From Chiloscyllium plagiosum (lineage: Eukaryota), in assembly GCF_004010195.1 (NCBI RefSeq), contig NC_057711.1:82861237-82925236 (forward strand): DNA of 64,000 bases, read 5' to 3'. Shown piece after piece: positions 1 to 13,359 of the stretch. Position 1 is the first letter of the stretch, and every line of letters starts with the position of its first letter. Made by a program: the position numbers and the translations under genes. The notes under the pieces were generated by a model. The model ran no database searches. It saw nothing but the letters and a program-made list of their open reading frames with translations, and had not been told where the DNA came from.

Positions 1-390
1 TGAGGGTTGACCTTATAGAGGTTTATAAAATTATGAGGGGCATGGATAGGGTAAACAGACAAAGTCTTTTCCCTGGGGTTGGGGAGTCCAGAACTAGAGG
101 GCATAGGTTTAGGGTGAGAGGGGAAAGATATAAAAGGGACCTAAGGGGCAGCTTTTTCATGCAGAGGGTGGTACGTGTATGGAATGAGCTGCCAGAGGAT
201 GTGTTGGAGGCTGGTACAATTGCAACATTTAAGAGGCATTTGGATGGGTATATGAATAGGAACGGTTTGGACGGATATGGGCCGTGTGCTGACAGGTGGG
301 ACTAGATTGGGTTGGGATATCTGGTCGGTATGGACGGGTTGGACCGAAGGATCTGTTTCCATGCTGTACATCTCTATGACTACATGACTC
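1..390 (+). mobile_element. CR1/HER1-type LINE 3' end (ORF2 C-terminus, 3' UTR, tail)
   Basis: ORF 33-305 RTRGHRFRV..FFMQRVVRVWNELP is the CR1 ORF2 C-terminus; ends in a ctctatgact tail; close to copies at 8300-8973 and 53150-54345. Confidence 0.9.
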
Positions 391-1749
391 TACTCCTGTT
401 GCCCTAAATTTTTTAAGTAACTTGGCATATCAGGACAAGATCCTGGTAGATACTTCCACATCTTACTTTTGTCTTCTGATAGCAGTTGCCTTCCGTCTCC
501 TCTCTAGGGATCAATTTCCATGCAATGACAACTGAACTAGCGTGAAGTTTCATTTGATATCATCTCTCATTGGAAGAGAAGAAATTGTTTTCCTAATCAG
601 TTTCTCAGAACTAAGTTTAAGTCCTTGTGCATTTTCAGCAGAGCAACTCGATTGTGCCTGTTTTCCCTGATGGCTTGATAACTCAAATTCCCATGCCTTC
701 GAGAACCAAAGATCACATTCCTAGACATTTCTAAGAATTGATTTTGAACCTTCAAATTTCTCCTTCTGTCTCTTGGTCTGTTCACACCCTACCTTGTTAC
801 CAACTACCCATGGTATTCCAATAATCCCCAAGCCCACCCTATTGCAGAATACATTGAGAGTTAATATTTTCTTTCAAATTTGGTTCTATAAATAGTTTAA
901 TCCTCCTTTAGGATAACTGACAAGTATATCGGGGGCAAGAACCCTTTTTAGGGCTCATGACTAGATTCTGAGACTAGATTCTTTGGGAAGAAAATAGGAT
1001 GTTTACCATTTTCAGGTTTATACATGCCCTATTTTTTGATATTTGCAGTACCTAAATGGTCGAGCTTGCCTGTACACAAACCAAGAAAAATCTCCTCGGC
1101 CCTCATTATACTTAAGGAGTGTATCAAGAGTCTTCTGAACTTTGTGGGCGTCTGTAAAGATTCTGGAGTTGGCACTATATTCTGCATTTTTGACTGTTTC
1201 TCACTGAGATTTACCACATGAGATTGCGTTGGACTGCAGTTATCCTTGTCAGCACATTTTTAAAAAATAAGATTTTGCCTTGTATTATTATGAGTTTGGT
1301 GTTGTGTTCAAAGCTGTCTTCCATGATAGGAACATTGAAATCTTTGAGTGCCTTTTGGCATATTTTGGTGTTAACTTAAATTCTGCTCAAAAGTGTCATT
1401 GTCCAGTTCTACTATCGTATCATTTGGTTTCCATGCATAGTTTGTCACTTATTGCCCATTCCTCATCTAAACTATTTATTCTATCAATAGACGCTGAACT
1501 GAATTTTAAGTTGGGGGTGCACTGAAAGTAGGGGAACTGCTAGCACATGGGAACTCCAGACATAAGTGCACGATAACTATCATTGGTATTTTAACCCACT
1601 CACTATTATATGATTTCTGGGGTTCCTAACCAATTTGTATTAGGAAATCTGATGAATGGTATGATTTCAACTTCAGCATTTAAGTGGACATTCTGAACAT
1701 GCAATTTGAAAGAATTTGGAATTGACAGGCAAAGAAAACAAGTGCCAGG

Positions 1750-1925
1750 ATGGAATCGAGACAAAGAAATATTGCCATTCATTTCAGAGTTGCTTCCCTG
1801 GATATGGTGCTGGGAGCTTTGAGGACACGAAGAGATGTTCTGTTTCTTAGCAATGGGGTAAGAAGCCAATTCTGGACAAAGAACATGAAGCAGTTCAATG
1901 ACCTAAGTAGGGGAGGAAAGGTGAG
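1750..1925 (+). mobile_element. Possible decayed Harbinger-type Myb/SANT-like coding fragment
   Basis: MESRQRNIAIHFRVASLDMVLGALRTRRDVLF...KQFNDLSRGGK|gtgag resembles the APRFS..L..V..RR.VLF / K.FNDL pattern of Myb/SANT-like proteins, with an internal deletion. Recognised from recall only. Confidence 0.35.
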
Positions 1926-2719
1926 AACAATTCACAACATCCTGATGTGTATCAACCAAACTCCTTGAATCTGTCTCTCAAGCTTATTATGGCATATCAC
2001 TTCTCACACCAACTTACCTCTACCCATCCTTATGTATTTATGCATTTTCTTATATTCTATCTGCCTATCAAACTCTGAAACTCCCCTTCATGCTCTTCCG
2101 AAGCAGGATTTTCTGCTTTGAAATGGGTGTCAGGAATCAGACAATTTCCCGATGTTGCAATTCTGCCTTTTGAGCGGTCATGCCTGCCCACCATATTTTT
2201 ACTTGTAGAGTTGGAGACAGGCTAGAATTGCAATGATGGTGTGTTGAAGGATGGTGAAGACTCAATCTGTGGTACAAACTATGTCAGCAGGGGAGGTGTA
2301 TCAGCCAATTCCGAGTCTTTTATAAGGCCTGCCTAAATGATATTCTTTTATTACTTTGCTGAATGGGAGAGTTTTCAGGAAGTGACTGTGAACGCTGATA
2401 AGTGGTGAAGCAATGATTTTCAGTGCTTCAACAGGCAGTTAAAAACGTTTACCTGTGAGTACTTTTGTTAATATAACTGATGGCTGATGCGTGATTGCCC
2501 TGTGAGAGTTCATGTTAAGAACAGTTCCTTTGTGTCCTCCCAGCCCATTCTAAGATTTGTTGCTATCTTTACACGCTTTCTTTGAAGACCTACCTTTGAG
2601 GACTTAGCTGGAATAGCCTTTTGCTGCTTCCCTCCTGCAAATGCCTGCACTTAACCAAATGGACATACAGCAATTCACAGCACAGTTCTGCAAGTGAGCA
2701 CAGCAGTTCTGCTGAGGTG

Positions 2720-3728
2720 TCAATCCCCTTTCTCAGATCTCAACATTGCAAATTCAAACAAATAAAGATCTAACGCTAGACAGAAATGTACAGTAAAGGG
2801 CAGAACCCTTAGTAGCATCAACATATAGAGAGATATCTAAGCGTACAGATCTACAGTTCTCTGAAAGTGGCAATGCAACTAGCTGGGGGTGGTCAAGGCA
2901 TATGGCATGCATGCCTTCATCCATCAGAGCACAGAGTATAAAAATTGGCAAGTCATATTGTAGCTGTTTGAACTATCGTTAGGCCACATTTGGAATATCA
3001 TGTACAGTTCTGGTCGCCACACTACCAGATGTGGAGGATGTGGAGGATATGGAGAGGGTACAGAAACAGTTTACCACGATGCTGCCTGTTTTGGAGGGTA
3101 TTAGCTATGACAATGGATTACACAGACTTGGTTTGTTTTCTCTGAAATGTCAAAGGATAAGGGGCGACCTGATACGAGTTTACAAAGTTGTGAGAGGCAT
3201 GGATAGGATGTATAGTCAGAGTCTTTTCCCTAGGTTAGAAATGTTAATTTCTAGGGAACATAGATTTACGGTAAAAGGGAGTAAGTTTAAAGGAGATCAT
3301 AAAATCCTCTAGTGTGGAAGCAGATCATTTGGCCATCTGGTCCATACCAACCTTCCAAAGGACATTCCACCCAGACCCACCCCCATCCTGATAGTCCGCA
3401 TTTTCTATGGCTAATTCATCTAGCCTGCATCTCCCTGGATGCTGTGGTCAATTTAGCTTGGTTGAATCACCTATGCTGGACATTTTTTGGCTGGGGAGGA
3501 AACCCACACAGACACTCACGGGAGAATGTGCAAACTCAACACAGATAATCCACTGACGGCAGAATTGATGCTGTGAGTTGGCAGTGCTAACTACTGAGCC
3601 ACCGTCAGTTACTGATATGAGAGTCAGGTGGCAAGTGCCTGGAATATGCTGGAGGATGTAGTGGAGGTGGATATAATAGTAACATTTAAGAAGCCTCTTG
3701 ACAGAGATATGTATAGACAGGAATAGAG
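2720..3728 (+). mobile_element. Decayed CR1 LINE 3' region, interrupted by an HE1 SINE
   Basis: ORF 3031-3312 ERVQKQFTTMLP..RGDLIRVYK; CR1 sequence resumes after about 3610. Confidence 0.8.
3297..3606 (-). mobile_element. HE1/V-SINE, decayed
   Basis: Reverse complement of the V-domain (ggaaacccacacagacac..gggagaatgtgcaaactc) and of the tRNA-like head (gcagtgctaactactgagccaccgt). Confidence 0.75.
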
Positions 3729-4058
3729 GGAGGTGATGGCCTAATGGTGTTGTTGCTGGACTATTAATCTATAGACCCAGGAAATTGTCAGGGAACCTGG
3801 GTTCAAATCTTGCCATGGCAGATGGTGGAATTTGAATTCAATTCTTAAAAAATCTGGAATTAAGAGTCTAATGTTGACGTGAATCCATTGTCAACTGACA
3901 GTTTACCAACGTCCTTTAAGGAAGGAAGCTGCTATCTTTACCCTAGCCTGTCCTACATGTGACTCCAGACTCACAGCAATGTGGTTGACTCTTAACTGCC
4001 TTCTGAGGCGTTGGCATGGTCAGCGATACCCACAACCTGTAAATTAGTTTAAAAAAAA
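3729..4058 (+). mobile_element. tRNA-derived SINE (second family)
   Basis: A-box-like tggcctaatgg, B-box ggttcaaatc, A-rich end. The 3' part resembles the LINE tails at about 15290-15352 and 23920-23980. Confidence 0.6.
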
Positions 4059-5670
4059 GTCTGCTTTGAGGCAAAAAAGGTTTTTAGTTTCGAAAGGCAT
4101 CATGTATTTGTGCAGTCTTAATGGGCTGAAGGGCCTGTTCCTGTGTTGCACTGTTCTTTGTTCAAATCCCTTGAAGAACTTTAATTATGACAAAGTGGCC
4201 ACACAGTCTCAACACATATCACTCTGCCACTCATCCAGGAACAGTGGGCCATCAAACCTCTACACAGTGAACCCAGCACTGATGTGGGAGACTTAAAACA
4301 CCATTCCATCACCATCATGGCATCTTGATAAGTGACCTTATGCAACATAAGAAGATAAGAAATAAGAGCAGGAGTAGGCTGTCTGGCCCATCAAAGGTGT
4401 TCTGCCACTCAGTAAGATTATGGTTGATCTTCTTGTGGACTCAGTTCCACTTAGCTGCTTGCTCACCATAACCCTTAATTCCTTTACTGTTAAAAATCTA
4501 TCAATTGCCTTACAAATATTCAATGAGTTTGTCTCAGCTGCATCTCTGGGCATGGAATTCCATAGATTCACAACCCTTTGGGTGAAGAAGTTCTTCCTCA
4601 GCTCAGCCCTAAAACTGCTGCCCCTTATTTTGAGGATATGACCCCCAGTTCTAATTTCACCTGCTAGTAGAAACCTCCCTGCTTCTATCTTATCTATTCC
4701 CTTCAGAATTTTATATGTTTCCATAAGATCCCCTCTTATTTTTTTAAATTTTAATGAGTTTAGTTTCTACCTACTCAATTTCTCCTCATAAGGCAACCCC
4801 CTCAATTCTGGAATCAACTTAACAAACCTCCTCTGTACACCTTCCAGTGCCAGTACATCGTTTCTCAAGTAGGAGACCAAAACTGTACACAGTACTTCAG
4901 GTGTGGCCTCATCAGCGCCTATACAACTGCAGCATTACCTATCTATTTTTAATCCCCATCCCTCTAGCGATGAAGGTCAATATTCCATTTGTCTTCTTAA
5001 TTACCTGCTGCAGCTGTGATCCATGCACAAGGTTACCCATGCACAAGGTTACCCAGGTCCTTTTGCACAGCAGCATGCTGCATTTTTTCACCAGTAAAAT
5101 AGAAGTTCATTTTGCTGTTATTCCTATCAAAATGGATGACCTCACATTTACCTCACATCATTGCCAGACCCTCGTCCACCCACTTATCTGTATCCCCCTG
5201 CAGACTTCAGTGTCCTCTGCACACTTTGCTCTACCACTCATTTTAGTGTCATCTGTAACCTTTGACACTACACTCGGTCCCCAACTCTAAATCTTCTATG
5301 TAAATCGTAAACAACTGTGGACCCAGCACTGATCCCTGAGGTGTACCACTGGCCACAGACTACAAACCAGAAAACATCCATTTATCCCCATTCTTTGCTT
5401 TCTGTTAGTTAACCAATCTTCTAAACGTGACAATACATTATCCATAATACAGTGCCTACAGTGCACCTTTATCTTATGCAACATCCTTTTGTGTGGCGCT
5501 TTGTCAAATGCCTTCTGTAAATCCACTGGTTCCCTGTTGTCCACGGGACTCATAAGGTTCTTAAAGGATCCCAGTAAATTCGTTAAACATGACTTGCCTT
5601 TGTGAATCCATGTTTTGTCAGCCCAATGGGACAATTTCTATCCAGATGTCTCACTATTTCTTTTTAAAAT

Positions 5671-7248
5671 ATTGTGTGTTGTATAGAGCTTTTTGCTGAG
5701 TCCATCACGAAGGATGCGAGCCTGAGAGAAATGCCTTTTCCAGGTAGCGGAGGCCTGCAGGTCAAAGCCTTCCTGTACATGGATGATGTCACTATTTTCT
5801 GGTCAGATCCGCTGTTGGCTCACAGCCTCATGAGTGTCTGTGACCAGTTTGAACCAGCCTTGGGAAGCGAGAGCGAGGCCATATTCTTTGGGAACTAGGC
5901 TGACAGATTCTATATCCTGTTTACCATCAGGACAGATTACCTGAAGGTGCTAGGGATATATGGTTTGGTGGGCCGAGGAGTATGCAAAATCTTGGGAGTA
6001 GTGCATTGCCATGGTGAAGCAGACACTGTTTCTTTAGGAGCACTGCTACCTCTCCATTGTGGGTTAAAAACCTAGTCATCAGGTGTGAAGCACTGTCTCT
6101 TGTTGTATATGCTGCAGGGCTGACGCATTACCAGAAACTGCACTGTTGCAGTCGTCCAAGCCACATTTCATTTCACCTGAACGTCTAAGATGGACCATGT
6201 CTGCAGGGACTCCTTGTACAAAACTCTGGATAAGGGGGAAAAGAATGTACTCAGTGCTGCCATCATCCTGATGGCCACTTTGTGTGCCGCAGCATCAAGT
6301 TGTGCATAGATCCTCAGTACGCAAGCTCCAAGTGTCACTACGTATTGAAGTTCCACCTGTCCCCAATATTGCGAAGGATGGAACTGGCCTCTTTGCAGCG
6401 GAACGCTGTAAGTAGTGCTTCATAGAGAAATTTGCAAAGAAAATCTCCTTTGACAGCAGGTCTATCAGGAAGTGGTCAGCACACAGCATCCTCGAGACCC
6501 TGCAGGAAAAAGGAGAGGATGGATTCTGCCACGTGGTTCCTCAAGCAGACTGTCAAAGTCATTTGGCAGAATGCCTCATCACTAGAACTTTCCAGCAACC
6601 ACCAAGACATCGCTTGGCTGGTGGGGAGAAAGGCACGACTTCTGAGATCCTTCATGTCCGCTCAGTCAGTCTGCCCTTGGAGCAGCTGTGGAGGTTTGAG
6701 ACTGTCACACATATCCTTCTGGAATGTGCAAAGGAAGTCTGAAGAGAGATGCAGTGGTTTTTGGCGAGGTTCGTCCCGGGCAGTACTCTGATGCAGGTTT
6801 CTGTGCTGTGCGGTTTGTTCCCCAGGACGCACACAAAAACAAACATAAACTGTGCCTGGAGGGCCATCAAATTCAGTGGAAGACAGTCTTTGGTTTGCCT
6901 GAAACTTGTTAGTGTTCCAGAATAAGGGGTTGACCTCAACCTAGTGTTGCAGACTGGCACATTCCAATGTCCAGGAATACGACCTGAGGGACACACTAAA
7001 GCTTGGGGCAGCTGTCACCAAGGTGCATTGGGAAAAGGCCACTGTCTGAGGTCTTTCTGCTGAAGTTAAATGGGGATCCATTCAGTTTTCCGACCCTCCT
7101 AATGCGTCAACTGTATGTAAATATAATCTTGCTTATGTAAGAGATGTCTATGTTTCCTTGATATGCTGTTGTACAGAACTGACTGCATTTGTGACTATGT
7201 ATATATACAAAGATTTTTTAACTAATTAAGTATATTTTTGAATTTAAA
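5671..7248 (+). mobile_element. L1/Tx1-clade LINE, 5'-truncated and decayed
   Basis: RT motif LYMDDVTIF (ORF 5674); C-terminal CP..CG..ETVTHILLEC zinc finger split by a frameshift (ORFs 6432/6533); 3' end taagtatatttttgaatttaaaaaa. Confidence 0.8.
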
Positions 7249-8020
7249 AAATAGATTCAAGGATTTTCCCCACTACAGAAGCTAAACTATTGTTACCCGC
7301 CTTTTGACTACCTCCTCTTTTAAACGGTGATGTCACATTTGTTGTTTTCCAATCTGTCGGAACCACCTCAGAACCTAAGGAATTTTGGTAAATTACCACA
7401 AGAGCATTTGCTATTTCCCTTGTCACCTCTTTTAATATCTTGGGATACATTCCATCAGGGCTAGGAGACTTGTCTATCTTTAGCTCCATTAGCTTGCCCA
7501 ACACTACCTCTTTAGTGATAATGATCATTTCTAGGTCCTTACCTGCCATAACCTTCTTGTCATCAATTATAAGCATATTATTTGTGTATTTCACTGTGAA
7601 GACTGACACAAAACACCTGTTCTATGCCTTGGCCATTTCCTCATTTCGCATTAAATTCCCCTTCTCATCCCCCTTCATATGGAATTCTCTGCCCCAGAAG
7701 GTAGTGGAGGCCAGGTCTCTGGATACTTTCAAGAAAGAGATGGATAGAGTTCTTAAAGATAGTGGAATTAATGGTATTGGGAATAAGGCAGGAACAGGAT
7801 ACTGATTGTAGATGATCAGCCATGATCATAATGAATGGTGGTGCTGGCTCGAAGGGCCAAATGGCCTACTACTGCACCTATTGTCTTTTGTCCTCTAAAA
7901 GAGCAATGTTTACCTTAGTCACTCTTTTTCATTTTGTATATTTGGAGAAACTTTTGCTATCTGTTTTTTATATTTTGAGCTAGGTTACTTTCATAATTCA
8001 TCTTACTTTTCTTTATACTT

Positions 8021-8973
8021 TATCCGTGGCTTTCCTACGCACAAAGCCATGTTGACTATCCCTAATCAGTCCTTGTCTTTCCAAATACAAGTACATTCTG
8101 TCCCTCAGGATTGCCTCCAACAACTTGCCCACAACCGACATCAGGCTCACTGGTCTATAGTTCCCTGGCTTGTCCTTACCACCTTTCCTAAACAGTGGCA
8201 CCACGTTAGCCAACCTCCAGTCTTCTGGCACCTTACCTGTGAGTATTGATGATACAAATATCTCAGTAAGAGGCCCAGCAATCACTCCCCACACAGCATT
8301 TGCTCCTTGAAATGGGAGTCTCAGGTAGATAGCATAATGAAGGCAGCATTTGGTATGCATTCCTCAGAGTATTGAGTACAGGAGTTGGGAGGTCATGTTG
8401 CAGTTGTACAGGACATTGGTAAGGCCACTGTTGGAATATTGCGTGCAATTCTGGTCTTCCTATTGGAAAGATGTTGTGAAACTTGAAAGGGTTCAGAAAA
8501 GATTTACAAGGATGTTGCCAGGGTTGGAGGATTTGAGCTATAAGGAGAGGTTGAATAGGCTGGGGCTGTTTTCACTGGAGCGTCAAAGGCTGAGGGGTGA
8601 CATTATAGAGGTTTATAAAATCATGAGGAGCATGGGTAGGATAAATAGGCAAAGTCTTTTCCCTTGGGTGGGTGAGTCCAGAACTAGAGGGCAGAGGTTT
8701 ACAGTGAGAGGGGAAAGATACAAAAGAGACCTAAGGGGCAACTTTTTCACGCAGTGGGTGGTACGTGTATGGAATGAGCTGCCAGAGGAAGTGGTGGAGG
8801 TTAGTACAATTACAATATTTAAAAGGCATTTGGATGGGTATATGAATAGGAAGGGTTTGGAGGGATATGGGCCGGTTGCTGGCAGGTGGGACTAGATTGG
8901 ATTGGGATACCTGGTCGGCATGGACAGGTTGGACCGAAGGGTCTATTTCCGTGCTGTACATGTCTATGACTCT
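8021..8973. mobile_element. Young CR1 with an inverted 5' segment (about 8021-8290 minus; 8300-8973 plus)
   Basis: Minus ORF carries VPEDWRLANVVPLFRKG..YRPVSL..QHGFV; plus ORF 8350-8895 is the CR1 C-terminus, followed by a tail. Confidence 0.75.
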
Positions 8974-10261
8974 AAATACTGTTTGAGGAAATTATCACAG
9001 GCACATTCTATGAAGTCCTCAAGGCTACTTTGACTGACGTAGTTTGACTAATCAACATAAAGATTAATGATAATTATTGTACTGTTTTTACATAATCAGT
9101 TAGGTCTTTGTTTATTGCCTGTCCCAGTGGGCCTATAGACTACACATATCAGTGGCTTTTCCCCCTTACTATTTCTAATTTCCACCAACATTGATTCAGT
9201 CTTTTACTCCATAAAATCTATGTAATTTCTCACTACAACCCTGATATCATCCTTAAATATCTGTGCTAATAATGATGTGGAGGTGCCGATGTTGACTGGG
9301 AGTTTGTTGGACTTCTCTCAAGTAATCTGATACACTTAGATATCTAACTCCCAGTCATGACCACCCTACGACCATGACTCTGTAATAGCCACTAAATCAT
9401 ACCAGTAGCAAAGATTTATACCATCAAGTCATTTATCTTGTTTTGAATACTACGAGCATTCAGGTCAAGTGCCCTTCTGCAAGTTTTTGTATCTTTTTGA
9501 CACCTGGTTATTCTGTAATCCATTGTTCAGTCATGATGACTGAGCTGACATCTCCTTGCCATTCTGTGTTTGATGCTCTTCCTCCTTCTTATCATAGGTG
9601 GGGAGAGAGGTTCTTATGCAGTCTGCTGTTCAGTCCTGGTGACTGAGCTGATTTCTCCCAGATTGCTCCTCAGTGCTGTCTTGCTGCTGCTCTCTGTTGG
9701 ATCATACACCTGGTCAATATGCATACGAATCCAGATATTTCTACTTTCCCAATTTCAATGGCTGGAAGAGACTGCAACAGGAGATGCAGAACTTTTGATT
9801 AATCAGAAAGGCCCTGATGAACTCTGACTTTCAAAATGGGCTTCCAAAATCATCGCTGGTCCCAGATCGGCTGCAATCAAAGCAGCATCCACACTCCTGG
9901 CAGTTCTTGTAGAGGCTGCATCCTGCTAGAAGTCATGACTTCAGGTAATTAATTGCCTGTCAGAGAATCTGGACTTCATTACAGGAACTAAAGGCTGTAG
10001 TGTTGCTTCTGACTCCCTGACTGGTGGACTGGGTAATCTTCTTCATGTTAAGTATTAGCCCTGATTTCTTATTCATTATGTCCTCTTCCAGTGATCGTCT
10101 TAACGTCTGTGGAGGCACCATTATTCATTAAAGATTTCAGATAAATAATATTAAATTTTCCTTGCATGCTCCTTGGTACAACTCCATATGTCATTTACTC
10201 AAAAGAATAGAATACTCCCTATGCACCTTCAGATATACTCCTATGGTATTGTTTTGAGATT

Positions 10262-10563
10262 ATCTACAGTGTGGAAACAGACCATTCAGCCCAAAAAATC
10301 CACACCGGCCGTCCGAAGAGTAACTCACCCACACCCATTTCCCACTGACTAATACATCTAACACTATGGGCTATTTAGCACGGCTAATTCATCTAACCTG
10401 CACATCTTTGGATTGTGGAAGGAAACCTGAGCACCCGGAGGAAACCCACACAGACATGGGGAGAATGTGTAAACTCCATTTAGACAGTCACTTGAGGTGG
10501 GAATTGAATCTGGGTCGCTGATGCTATGAGGCAGCAGTGCTAACCACTGAGCCACCATGCCAC
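10262..10563 (-). mobile_element. HE1/V-SINE
   Basis: Complete reverse-complement SINE: tRNA head, V-domain, CR1-like tail. Confidence 0.85.
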
Positions 10564-11565
10564 CCTTTTCATGGGGTATGGACACTGCTGGCTAGCCCAG
10601 CATTAATTGTCCACATATAATTGCAGTTGAGGAAGTGGTGGTTAGTTGTCCTCTTGAATTGTTGTGCTACATTTAATGCATTGGTACATCCACGATGCTG
10701 TCACAGTTCCAGAATTTTTTCCCAGTGACAGCGAATGACAGTGATATAGTTCCATGTATGAATGGTACGTGGTTTTTGGGGGGTGGGGGGTTACTTCTAA
10801 GTGACAGTGTTCTCATACATAGGCTAACCTTGATTTTCTTTGTGGGAGTGGTGCTGCTAAAGGAGCTTGAGTTGCTTCAGTTCATCCTGCAGATGGTGCA
10901 TACTTCTGCCACCATATGCCAGTGATGGTGGGGTGTGAATACTGATGATGGTGAATGGTGGCACTAAAATGGAATGCTTTGTTCTGGATGGTATTGAGTT
11001 TGAATGTTATTGGAGTTGTATAATCCAGGCAATTGGATGATATTCCATAACACTCCTGAAATATGCTTCTATACGTTTCTGTAATACAAACTAGATTTAA
11101 AACATAACTGGAACAGCACCATCTTACTTCTTAGATCTTTTAACATTTTCTCCCATGTTGCAGAAATATCATGAGTTACAGAAAATCTGCTTATCAGGAC
11201 AGCTTTCATGGAAAGTGCACAAACTTTAAAGTTTGCAGTAATTTTTGAGTCAAGAATAATGTGCCTCCTCTCATAGAATCTCCAACTTACTTTAACTACA
11301 GTTTGCAGCTGTTTTCATCTTGTTTACTGTTGCAATTTCTAGACTTGTTTTGTTTCGGGGTTGTGAGATAGCTGACAAGATTAACATCAGAGTCATAGGT
11401 AGTCAAGAATGTGAGCTTCATTTCAAAATCTTCTTTATTTTAATGAAATCTGACAAAATATGTTTCTATAATTAGTAATTCCTGTTGTAAGATAAAAATG
11501 TACTTTTGTAAAGTGTTTTGATGTCAGATTCTGAAATGTTTTCTTTTGTCCTATATTCTGCGTAG

Positions 11566-11691
11566 ACTGAATCCCCACTGCTCATTCGTCCATATCTGAA
11601 GGATCTTACAAAATCTGAAATACACTCTGTAATGACTAGTGGATTTGCTACCATTGCAGGATCTGTCCTGGGGGCATATATTTCATTTGGG
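11566..11691 (+). CDS. SLC28A3: Concentrative nucleoside transporter CNT3-like, internal exon A (126 nt, phase 0/0)
   Basis: Acceptor tag|ACT after a pyrimidine tract, donor GGG|gtgagt. Translates to [42 protein letters not shown], matching the CNT family and CNT3 ([23 protein letters not shown]). Confidence 0.93.
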
Positions 11692-12019
11692 GTGAGTGAT
11701 TGACATAGTCTGCTAAATGAGTTACAAAATAGAAGCTTTCTGTTCTGTTAAGATTGTGTTTTCTTTTAATACCTCAGATAATTTGAAATAAAACAATTTT
11801 TCCTCGTTTTAATATGGCTTATAGACTAAAGGACTGAGTTATCCTCCTTGCATTGGAAAAGGGCCAGAACTCTGCTTCAGCTTCCAACCTTGACCTAGTT
11901 TCTTCAGTTAAGAGCAATGTCTAAGTAACACAAGTTTCTGCAAGGAGCTCAGTACAGACAGGGAACTCCCTACTACTCAGGAGAAAGGTGTGGTATTTAG
12001 TATACTGTACTTCCATATG

Positions 12020-12164
12020 GTGTTATGGTCTTGCTCCACAATCACCTGATGAAGAAGCAGCACTTTGAAAGTTAGTGCTTCCAAATAAACCTGTTGTACT
12101 ATGGCCTGGTGTTTTGTGATTTTTAACTTTGCCCACCCCAGTCCAACACCAGCTCCTCCAAATC
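12020..12164 (+). mobile_element. PLE terminal-repeat mini-insertion (family B) with decayed hammerhead-like core at 12046
   Basis: cac-ctgatga-a-gaagcagcacttt-gaaa-gt-ta-gtg; flanked by gtacttccatatg (12007-12019) and gtacttacatatg (12165-12177). Confidence 0.7.
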
Positions 12165-13359
12165 GTACTTACATATGAAAGATAGGGAATTCCAAAATTT
12201 AAACCCAGAAGTGTTGAGAAATTGTAACATTTTTCAAAGTCAGTGTCGTGTATGATTCAAAGGGGATGTTGCAAATGGCTGCACTCCCATGTGCTTGCTT
12301 TAGTTTTCTTTCCTAAACAATGGAAATTGTGGATTAAATAGGTGCCATGATGAATTATTATAGATAACATATAATCTGTTGGTGGAGGATGAGTTTAATT
12401 AAATTGATGGCTGACATGTCAGGCATGCTTTGGTTGGTTGAGGGTTGCTTAAGAGTTATGGGAGTTATATTCATCCAAGAAATGGGAAGTATTTTTCATG
12501 AGTCATGAGGATGCAAAAAAGGACTTTGGGGAGTTGGTTGTTCACCACAAAATTCGCAGCTTCTGTCTTGGTCTTGTTGCCACAGTTGCCACAGTATTTA
12601 TGTGACTGGTCCAACTAAATGTTTGGTCAGTGGTTAACCAAGGATGTTGATGGCAGGGCATTCAGCAATGGTAATGCCATTGAATTTCAAGAAGAAATAC
12701 TTCATCGTCCTCCAATATCTCTACATTGTTAACCTGGTTGGTGGAACTAATCTCACCTTGTTCTATTCTTCTTTATCAATCATAGCAAGAGCATCACTTG
12801 CAAATACTTTTCTTCCAACTTCGAGTTATCACCTCTGATGTCTTACAATGATCTATCCTTGGCCTCCTTCCATTTCTTACCTAAATGCAGGTCTTTGGTG
12901 ACATCATTTGAAGGAGCAATGATGCTTTTCACATGCACACTTATAACCCAGCTTGGTCTCACCATCAGCTCTCTTGATTGTTACTAGGCTAATAGTTTGC
13001 TTGTTCAAACTCCAGTATTGGATGTACTAAGTAATCCAATCATTTGGACAGCCAGCAAAGATACGATGGACTTAACAGCCTCCTTTTGAGCTGTAACAGT
13101 TCTATCATTCTGAAATAATAGGCATTTTGTTTAGTTTAATACTGGGGTGTCTATAATCATTACTGTCAATACCTACTCCAAACTGTGTTCCCTAATTACC
13201 GATTCCATGAGCTACATTTTCTGGAATGGGGTAGAGGCGCTGAAGAAATTTGGAGATGTGGCCTGCCACCTCCTACTTCTTCCCCAACTGACTTTAAATG
13301 AGGCTAAGGTGACTATGGGACTCAATCTCTCAGGAAATGGACTTTGTGTGGACTTTACA

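Larger units (their letters stand above)
4337..9400 (-). mobile_element. Old CR1 LINE broken by nested insertions (Tx1-like LINE; CR1 3' piece 7673-7888; inverted CR1 8021-8973)
   Basis: Minus-strand ORFs 4338-4724 (C-terminus), 5296-5634 (GKSCLTNLL..DLQKAFDKAPH) and 7244-7609 (KSPSPDGMYPKILKE) lie in the correct order. Confidence 0.8.

Noticed and set aside
5021..5052. 16-bp tandem duplication ccatgcacaaggttac
   Set aside because: Ordinary slippage inside a dead CR1.
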